A DNA stretch of 64,000 bases from Auanema rhodensis (Eukaryota > Animalia > Nematoda): contig OZ059895.1 in NCBI GenBank assembly GCA_964057225.1, positions 8,928,001 to 8,992,000 of the forward strand, written 5' to 3'. Both the position numbers and the translations under genes were made by a program. The notes under the pieces are model-generated. The model made no database searches. It was not told the origin of the DNA and saw only the letters and a list, made by a program, of their open reading frames with translations. Positions 55,185 to 64,000 of the stretch are shown in pieces. The stretch's first letter is position 1, and every line of letters begins with the position of its first letter.

Positions 55185-55955
55185 TTAACGCTTTCCACCA
55201 ACATTAGGTCTGGCAGTCTTGACGGGCTTGGGGGCCTTTGAAGCTTGCTTGGGAGCAGCAGCCTTCTTCTCCTGAAATGTCATAGTGTGAAAAAATGGTT
55301 TAGTTATCCTAAGAAACAGTCGACAAAAAACTTGTCAATAGCTCAAGGAACAATCCCTGCTTTAACACAAAAATGATAATCTAGCGCACTTTCGACACTC
55401 AAAGTAGCAAATAATACTATTTTAAGCTCTAATACTGCGCAAAAAAGAAAAGAGAAAACATAGGATAATTACCTTGTTGGCAGCCTGCTTGGCAACGCGA
55501 GCAGCCTTGTTGGCATCCTTAGCGGCCTTAGCAGCTTGATCTCTCTGCTGCTTTCTGAACTCAGAGGTCTGGTTTCTCTTAGCAAGGAGGGCCTCAAGGG
55601 AGAGTCCAGCAATAGCTCTGGTAGCAACCTGGACAGTCTTCTTGACCTTCTTCTTTTGATGTTGTTCTTGTCCATGAGTGCCCTTTAAAATAAAAAAAAA
55701 TATATAGCTTTTATTAAAAATAACCAACCTTCTTATGCTTAATTCTGTAGAGTACAGTCCAGCGGATGTCACGTGGACTACGCTTCAGCTTAGTGGCGCG
55801 GACGCATTTGTTATTCAAGAAGATTTGAACCTTTAATGAAAGAGTTAATTGCAAATAAAAAATTATATAAACACCTTGCCATCAGGACGGACAACTCTCT
55901 TTCCGTGACCAGGGTAGATCTTGTATCCGGAGTAGACACAAGTTTCCAACTTCAT
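55185..55955 (-). CDS. rpl-24: 60S ribosomal protein eL24, 4 exons
   Basis: [27 protein letters not shown]|VQIFLN...[17 protein letters not shown]|GTHGQEQ...[17 protein letters not shown]...|EKKAAAPK...PNVGGKR*. Confidence 0.97.
55275..55442 (-). ncRNA. Probable intronic box H/ACA snoRNA in the last intron of rpl-24
   Basis: The intron is about 200 nt against about 45 nt for the other rpl-24 introns. Hairpin 1 is closed by GCGCA/TGCGC and followed by an H box AGATTA (55382-55377). Hairpin 2 has TGTG/CACA and TGACAA/TTGTCG arms and is followed by ACA-TTT (55280-55275). Confidence 0.65.
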
Positions 55956-56868
55956 GGCTGTTGGATCCCGAGTTCTTCAAAATAATTTTTTTAAAAATTT
56001 AAAAAGCATGTTAACTATTCGAATTTAAACGGAAATGTGTAACATAATTTCAACATGAAACAAAAGGAGAATAAGTTATGTTTATACTTATTAATAACTA
56101 GACGTAACCAATAAGGTAGACTAGTACAATATTAAAAATAAAAAATGAAGAAGAAAATACTTAAAATATTTCAGAAAATATTTAGGATTGTTGAGGGAAT
56201 TTGTGGGGAAATTTTTCTAAAGCATGTAAGTATAGAGGGCTGCCAACAGCCTAAAAATTTACAGTCATGGTTTTCGTTGCAGGACCCGTACAGCTAATTT
56301 TATAACTTATCATAATTTTACTTATAATTCTTCAAATTAACATATTTCGAATACCTAATTTAATCACAAAAATTGTAATTATTTGTTGAAATTAAAATTT
56401 CAGTAAAAATCATTGTATTATATGCTAATCACAATTTATATAATTTTTATGCTGCACATATGTAACTTCTCAGAAATTTTTAGTCAAATGTATTTCAGAT
56501 ATCTTTAAAATTACTTGTAATTCAACAAAGTCCAAAAAATTTCTCAATATCTGATGATATATCCATAATTTATGTTCTCATTATACAAAGTATACTGGGC
56601 TGCCTCGCAGTTGGTTAGGTACGGTAGCTACGATTACGGAGGCAATATTGTAAATCGGGGCTATTTCCAAGGGAATCCTAAATTCCTTTTTTATGTTTTT
56701 TCTTCTATATGATTTACTTTGTTGTTGTAGAATGGTATATAAAATTAAGGACATACATTACTTAAGAATACGTTTATTAGTTTTGATTATCACTGTTTGG
56801 TTACTAGATTAAGACATTGTTACTCACAATTAAATTATGTTTTTTTTTTTTTAGAACTTGAGGTTATC
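55956..56868. promoter_or_regulatory. Divergent (bidirectional) promoter region shared by rpl-24 and rps-10
   Basis: Head-to-head ribosomal protein genes 0.9 kb apart. GGGCTGCC occurs twice (about 56237 and 56597), and TTTAGG/CCTAAA and TACGGTA motifs are present. Confidence 0.65.
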
Positions 56869-57424
56869 ATGCTGATCCCTCAGAAGAACAGGAAAGCTAT
56901 CTATGAGTACCTCTTCAATGAGGGAGTCTGTGTCGCCAAGAAAGACTACAACTTGAAGAAGCATCCAAACATTGATGGAGTTACCAACCTTGAGGTCATC
57001 AAGTCTCTCAAGGTAAGATCTTTTTTTTTTAATTTTCTTTTTTAAATTTAAATTATTTTTATTTCTTGTAGAGTTTGGCTTCTCGTGAGCTCGTCAAGGA
57101 GCAGTTCGCCTGGCGCCATTATTACTGGTACCTCACCGACGAAGGAATCAACTACTTGAGAGAGCAGTTGAACCTCCCAGCCGAGATCGTTCCAGCCACC
57201 ATCAAGACTAAGCCAAGAGAGGTTCGCCCAGGAAGCGAGCGTCAACCTCGTGGTCAAGGTATATTTTTTCTTTATTTAATATTGTTAGTTATTTTGTTAC
57301 AGCTCCAGGAAAGGAAGGAGACAGAGATGCCTACAGAGCTGCCGACAAAGTCACCGATGCCGGACCAGGAGCTGCTGGTGTCTACCGTGGAGGATACGGA
57401 AGAGGAGCCCCTCCAGCACAATAA
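56869..57424 (+). CDS. rps-10: 40S ribosomal protein eS10, 3 exons
   Basis: [26 protein letters not shown]...|[45 protein letters not shown]...|[12 protein letters not shown]...[12 protein letters not shown] poly-T-ag acceptor lies upstream. Confidence 0.97.
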
Positions 57425-57550
57425 ACGTTGTTATTGTTTCAATAAATTGTTCCAAGATTTTTTAAACGTAATTATACAGTGGTAATTTCCAATTAATATT
57501 TAAAACATGGGGTGCAAAGCAATTAACGATATTTGACATGTAGTAGGCTG

Positions 57551-59573
57551 ATGGCCCCAAAGTATCGGAAGGTAGCAGCTCAGGCTAATGTAAATACTGT
57601 CCCAACAGAGTTGCCAAAATCGTATGTTCGAAGTTGAACATGTCCAAATGAATATTACATTATAGAGTTCAACATGAACAATCAGGAGTTAGTGTTTCAG
57701 TTCATCCTATGTGGCCATCATATATGCAGTTTAACCAAGGAGAATTATTTTTTGAGTGCACTCTGTTTTTATATTCAGTTTTGGCTTTATTCCTTCAATA
57801 CCTAAATATATATAAAACATTATGGTGGCTACCCAAGTCATACTGGCATTATTCAATGGTTAAAATTTTTGCTATTCTTAATGATTGTAAATATTTTTTT
57901 TTTTCAATTTAGAAGTTTCATCTTATCAACCCATATTTTCTATCATGTGTAGGGTTACTGTTGGGATGGAGAGTAACAAAGTGCTTTTGGAAAACGGTAC
58001 TTTCCAGAATCTAATAGAAAAAGAATAATATATTATAGATTACTGATACTGTTTCTAGCATTGCTATAAGTAAGTCTCCTTTCCAGCAGTCAGTGTGGAC
58101 TATTGTTGAATATGCCTTTATTAAAACTCCTCTGATGACTTTAATCATCACAAGTTTCCTTTTTAGGTATAAGAAATGTGCTTTTACCATTCCCGTTTAA
58201 TGCAATTATTTCAGTTTCTCACGTGTCTGTCAAGATTATCCTTATAGTTCTGTTGTTTGGATTTTTTGTCCGTATGTTATTCGTATAATATGATGCATAA
58301 GTTATTTTTTTAAGATGCTTTGCTTATATGTTTATGTTTCAATCAGCTATCGAGCTAAGAGTTTATAGAATATGTTCTTCTGTAGTTGATTGGTTTGGTG
58401 GCCGCGGTGACTTTGCTAAGGTTTATAAAAAAATTATAATAACTAATTATTAATATACTCTAAGGTATTGGAGAAGTTCACCGAGCCTCATCCTGATGAA
58501 ATTAATATAAATGCTGTTTTACATATGTGTAGTACAAATCCAGGTTTTTTTTGGTTTGTTGTGTTCTTAAGATATTTAACTGGATTAGAAAGTGTACGCC
58601 AAGAAGTAAAGTTTCTTCTACAAGACTTATACTTACGTTTGGGTCGAAGTGCTTTTGCCGGATTTTCTACAGCATTTTTGTCGATTGCTTTACCTTGCTT
58701 ATTTGTTCCTGTAAGTTTCATTGTATAATGTAGTATTTATTTTTGTTGTTACAGTTCAAAACATCGACAGGATTTCCTTTGAAAGTTCTCATCGATGAAG
58801 CTTGGGAGTATGAACTTGGCCTTGTTGTAGGATTAACAGCATTTTCCTTGTATGCTACTTATTTGTTGCCTCTGAATTATCTAGATTTACTTCACAGGTA
58901 ATCAGTTTATTATTATTTTTTGGTTATTTAGTTTTTGAAGAAGTGCTATTCATCTTGGGATGTGGGAACAAATAGACGGCCCAAAAGTAGGGCATACAGG
59001 AACAGCAAAGTATATATTGTTTTTACATATTTTTTTCAAATCATATATCATAGCTGGGCTCCTTCTCCGTGGGTTGGCACAGTGTTGTATAATGAGGGAG
59101 ATACTGTGCAACGAAAAGATGGCAAATGTTTCCGAGCTTTGTCTTCATATTCTTTGAAAACAGTAGCTGCTGATCCTTCCAGACAGGATCATATGTGGTT
59201 TTTCGTAAGTATTATATGTAGAACTGTAAATTAAGAAAAATTACATATTGTTCCAGTTAGCATGTACTAGACCCTGCACTCTCATCAATCTTATGTGTGT
59301 GTTCGAGGGTTGTCTCATAATAGTACAGTTTTGGATGTTGATCCTTACCACGGATTGGCAACATATAGTAACATTAGTTTTATTAATGTTTGCGAATTAT
59401 CTGCTTCTTGCCAAATTGTTTAAAGATAAGGTATTTTGAAAATAATTCATCAAATCGATTTCAAAAATTATATTCAGGTAATACTCGCTAGAATCTATGA
59501 GCCTTCACCAGAGGATTTGATATTAATAAAAGAGCTAGCTGATGTTAATACTCGGCCTCAACCATCAGCATAA
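57551..59573 (+). CDS. tmem-39: TMEM39 family ER membrane protein, multi-exon
   Basis: VHPMWPSYMQFNQGELFFECTLFLYSVLALFLQYLNIYKTLWWLPKSYWHYSM|KFHLINPYFLSCVGLLLGWRVTKCFW closely matches nematode TMEM-39 as recalled. The late exons read ...LLMFANYLLLAKLFKDK|VILARIYEP...PSA*. Confidence 0.92.
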
Positions 59574-59877
59574 ACTTAAATCTCAAAACCATCTTGCCTT
59601 TTCTAGGTTTTTCTGTGGTATGACATGAAGATGTTCATATATCATAATATCAATTTGTATAATGGTAACGGTTATTATTTTTTCACTTATGTATATAATT
59701 GTAAAAACACTGAATAATTTTATCTGTGATATGATCAAGGGGAAGAATATTTTAATGAATTATTGTTATAAAAATGAATAGAATTTTGGTGTAATTAACA
59801 CTTTCTTTATTTTAATTTACATTGCACTCATCCAATAGATATATAAATATGTATATATATATTCGTATATAGTAAGT

Positions 59878-60519
59878 ATGGAGACTCAGTCTTTCCCAAT
59901 CTCCAATCTTATTGCACATCCAGTTAGAGTTGACTTGCATCCAGGAAGTTCAGGATGTTCATATCTTGTCGGAAATTTATATACAGTAGACCCAGTCACA
60001 CAGGATGTTGTCATTCTAGTATTTCAAGATTCACGTAAGTATAGAATTGTTACTTACTTTTATTATTAAAGTTTTGAAGGCCCATCTAAAATGCATTGGA
60101 TTCCAAACACTTCCATTAAATCAGTGACTCGTGTAGAAAATAATGTTGCTGAATGTGTACCGTTTTCCAAAGACATTGAGGATATGATGAGCAACTTATT
60201 CCGACAAGCTTTAGTTAAAAACTGTGATACAGGAAAAAGGTTTTTTTTTGAATGTAAGAAGAAGTTTAATTTACAACTTATTTAGAAAACAAGATATGAT
60301 TGCTTGGTTGAAAAGAAACCATGTAGAGGTATGATGTTTTTTTAATTTTTTTTTCATTCACGTATTTAGGTTAAATCTCAAGGAGAAGCTCTTATCATTT
60401 TCGGATGTGTACGAGTTGAGGCACCGTTTCAGCCAGATGATTGTTATTGTGATAATCCAATTGTGCTTAAAAGAGTACGGGCAATGATAGAGAAATGCCC
60501 AAAACCTGAAGCTTGTTGA
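59878..60519 (+). CDS. GEMIN6: Gemin6 (SMN complex, Sm-like fold plus C-terminal domain), 4 exons
   Basis: GNLYTVDPVTQDVVIL...RKQDMIAWLKRNHVE|VKSQGEALIIFGCVRVEAPFQPDDCYCDNPIVLKRVRAMI parallels the Gemin6 motifs TDPVS, WLEKNHI and IDPPY..C...N.IIL.RV. Confidence 0.8.
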
Positions 60520-61678
60520 TTTATTTAATTATATTGTTAATTGAATACGGGTTTAAAGTTCTTTTATCACTGCTAGTTATAACAAATAAACATTGTGAGA
60601 TATAAATTTGTAATAATTTAAGACATTAAAAAGGGGAATAGGGAATTATTTAGGAAGAAAGTGATGAGTTTCTTTCTAATAGAAGGCGATATAAGGGCTT
60701 CATTCAGAACACTATTCATCATCTGTTAGTCATATTCTTCCATTTGAATGCTGAGGCAACAATATTTACTGAAGAGCTGATTCAGCTCTTTCAACTCGTC
60801 CAAACTATGGCCGTGCCCTCATCATAGTTTCTTATCAGCTCTAACGGCCTTTCTAAAACCGAATAGGTCCTATCAATGCTTATTGATTATATTTCATACA
60901 GATGTCTTATTTATATATTTATATCTTTAATTAAATTATAACATATCTATATGTATTAGGTGAAAAGGAGATATTTCAAGAAAAAAATATATTTGTAATT
61001 TCCTGTTATCTGTCATAAGGTTAGAAGATGTAATCAAATTGGTTATCAGAAAGCTTAGTACGTGTGAGTGGGTGGTAAAACATGAACTTAATGTCCAAAT
61101 ATGCTTTTTTGAACAATGTACAGAATTTTTTTTACTTTTCAATATAATAGAGGCGTTATACTTCCTCTTCGTCTTTGTTGATAACTTGATATATTCATAT
61201 ACGTGTCAGCATGCTTTTATAAGTGTTAAATGTCTTATAGATATTTGTTCGTTATCACTTGCTCAATCAGCTCTTTACTGTTTTTCTTTACAACTATATT
61301 GATCCATAAATAAGCTAATTATTAAGTTTTACTTCAATCTGAGCATTTCAAGTTTTAATAGAATCATACAATGCAATCATATGCAATTTCACCATTCGTT
61401 ATACATTTATTTTGAATGATTTTATCTTTATTATATTATCTGTTTATCAATTTATTCAATAATTTAGCTATATTTCTTAATACTTTCACACAATTGATGA
61501 ATTTCCTATTGCCAGATTATAGAATCACCTTTCGAGCGTTATGTTGAATCTAAAATATTGTGAATCTATAAAAAACTATAAAAATTCAATAACGATCATT
61601 CTTTACTGAATTATACTCTTTATCATATACTAATAAATAAGATCGTAAATATTAAACTTTAAGGTAGGTATTAACTTA

Positions 61679-64000
61679 ATGAAGTGGTGGTACCAGACAA
61701 TATACTTATTGGTGTTATTGCTTAACCTTTGCCAAGCAGAAGTCGAACATGGAGGATTTCTAACAGCTCCTTCATCTTATATATCACTTACATCAGAAAA
61801 CTGGAGAGTAAATGGTATAAATCTTATAAAAATAAATTTTAAATAATTTTATGAATACCTAGATGATGTTAAGAGAATAGTCACGGCTTTACGTATAACA
61901 CCAACTAGCCTTTCCGGGCAAATCATGACTTTACGAGCAGTATCTGAGGATACACAAGTTAAAATGGAGGTGAATTTACGTTTGTAACAAAGAACAAACA
62001 TTGAAACTATTGAAATCATAGTTAAACAACATGAAACATTATTTCAGATCAATGTTATAGCTGACAATGGTAACCTTAAAGTACTTGTGCTTGGGGAACA
62101 TGGTCAAAAGATTGCGGAAACATTAAATACTTTGCAATTAAGTATATTTATATATTTCTTATGAAATTTTGACATTGAATATTCCAGAGGAGTTTGAAGA
62201 ACAAAATTTGGCTCTGACGGTTGATCTGGAGACTAAAACTCTTCAATTCCGGTTACATCGTAATGTTGAAGTTGAGACTGAGTTATTAGAAGATATTTTC
62301 TGGGCTGATAGTACGATTCATGTCATACTAGGAGGATCAAGTACAGAAATCTTAGTTTGACAAAGGATTAATAGAATAATGTTATAGATAGTTCGATATT
62401 AGGATGCGTATCTCTAATAACTGTTCAAATAGGTGATGGAGATGCTTACTCTCATGTCACTCGTCTTGATTCACAAGGTATTGATCTTTGCGAAGGAGAT
62501 CAAGTTTGTTCTAAAAGGAATTGCGGCAAGGTTTGTGAATTAAGAAAATTGCGCAGACAAACTTATCTCTTTCAGGGCAATTGTCTTCAAAAAGAAGTTG
62601 CAGTGTGTGATTGCTATGGTACTGGCTACTCTGGTCCAAGTTGTGAAACAGGTGAATTTCAAAATCAACTGACTTTTCCGATTTTCTTATTAATTCAGAA
62701 GCACCAACAATTGAACTAAATAATTCTGGTGAAGATGCAGAAACATATATTTTATATAAACCATATACTAAAATACAAACAAATAGAATTGCATTACAAT
62801 TCAAGGTATTTTCAAACTTTTTCTTTTCTTCTTTTTATGTTTTTCTTTTATAGTTTAAAGGATCAAACGAAGGTTTATTAGTTTATGGCTGGTTATCCAA
62901 TGAAGAAGATTTGAGAATGTATGTTGTTGGCAATTTAGGAACTGTACAGATATCACCAAATATAACTTTAAAGTTTACATTGCAGCCTGAGCGCATGTTC
63001 GTTTTAAAAATTTGAATATTTAAAAACAAATTGTATTTTCAGATTTCACAAAGTTGAATTATTATTCAAAAGTGATACTTTACAACTAACAGTAGATGAT
63101 TCAGTACAAGAGGTTAATATTAATATAAATTTATAATTAAAAAACAAATATAATAATTCAGACTAAACTTGATTATCCATTAATTTTTAATAATTTAACA
63201 TTTGGCGCTGGACCATCTATGAATGGAGTATCAGATGTTGGATTAACTGGATGTTTAAAAGAAGTCTATGTTGATCATTATGATATACTTCGTTTAACAT
63301 ATGATCAAGATGAAAGAGTATATTTTTTCTGTTTATGTTTGTTTTAAAATAAAAATTTTCAGATCAAAACAACAAAAACTCCAAGAGAATGTTCACTTGA
63401 TAGTTATAATGGTGATTCTCTCTTAATAGAAGGTATATCATTGATGACACCTGAAGATGTAGGAGTTGCTAAATCACTTCAATATTCAGAAGAAGATGAA
63501 GATGATGAAGAAGAAGCAGAAGTAAGTATTATGATTTCACTATTTCAATATCATATCATTTTATTTTCAGACTGAAACAACGGGTATATATTCATTTGAA
63601 TTAATTTTAAAATCATTTTGATTTGATTTTTAGGAAAAGAAGTAATGATTTTACAATGTGAAAATATACATAAAAGTTTATGCCAAAATAAAGCTGATTG
63701 TCAAGTTGTTGATGGAAATGTCACATGTTTATGCCAATCGGGTTATACTGGATCATTTTGTCAATTTGGTTTGTATTTAATTAGTTTTTTCTTATTTTTT
63801 ATTTTATAAATTATAGTTCTTTTACCAAAAAGTTGTGCTGAAGCTAAACATTTCTTCCATTTACGTGACGGACCTACAAAATTGGATGTTGATGGTTCTT
63901 CGAAATTAAGATACTCAGTTGCAGTTTGTAATAATGGAATGTAATTTTCTAATTTTAATTTTATTTATTATATAATCAATTAATTATAGAACAACAATAC
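61679..64000 (+). CDS. Neurexin/Caspr-like cell-surface protein (nlr-1/itx-1/bam-2 class), 3'-truncated, many exons
   Basis: Signal peptide MKWWYQTIYLLVLLLNLCQA. LamG-like segments (GCVS, FHKVELLF..LTVDD, FG..GLTGCLKEV), EGF motifs (CDCYGTGYSGPSCE, CQNKADC...CLCQSGYTGSFCQ) and a Caspr-type SCAE...GPTKLDVDGS segment. Confidence 0.8.

Noticed and set aside
60936-61302. Small gene between Gemin6 and the neurexin-like gene
   Set aside because: A spliced model can be forced on the - strand but yields no recognisable protein, so it is not supportable.

Overview
Eukaryotic genomic DNA, very probably a rhabditid nematode: AT-rich, introns of about 40-50 nt, trans-splice-like acceptors just before ATGs, operon-like spacing, and close similarity to C. 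elegans genes. Bases 1-45091 are the 3' part of one uninterrupted + strand reading frame of at least 15,029 codons that starts upstream of the window. It consists of about 183 indel-free 240-bp (80-aa) tandem units and a unique, basic ~390-aa tail ending in a polybasic stretch plus a CaaX motif (CTML*). The remaining 19 kb is gene-dense. On the - strand are dao-5/Nopp140 followed by NHP2, and rpl-24 (with a probable intronic H/ACA snoRNA) followed by a multi-pass membrane protein that resembles a RING-less gp78/Hrd1. On the + strand are a Cys-rich secreted peptide precursor, rps-10, tmem-39, Gemin6 and the 5' part of a neurexin/Caspr-like gene. Exon boundaries were read by eye and homologies come from recalled protein sequences, not from searches.
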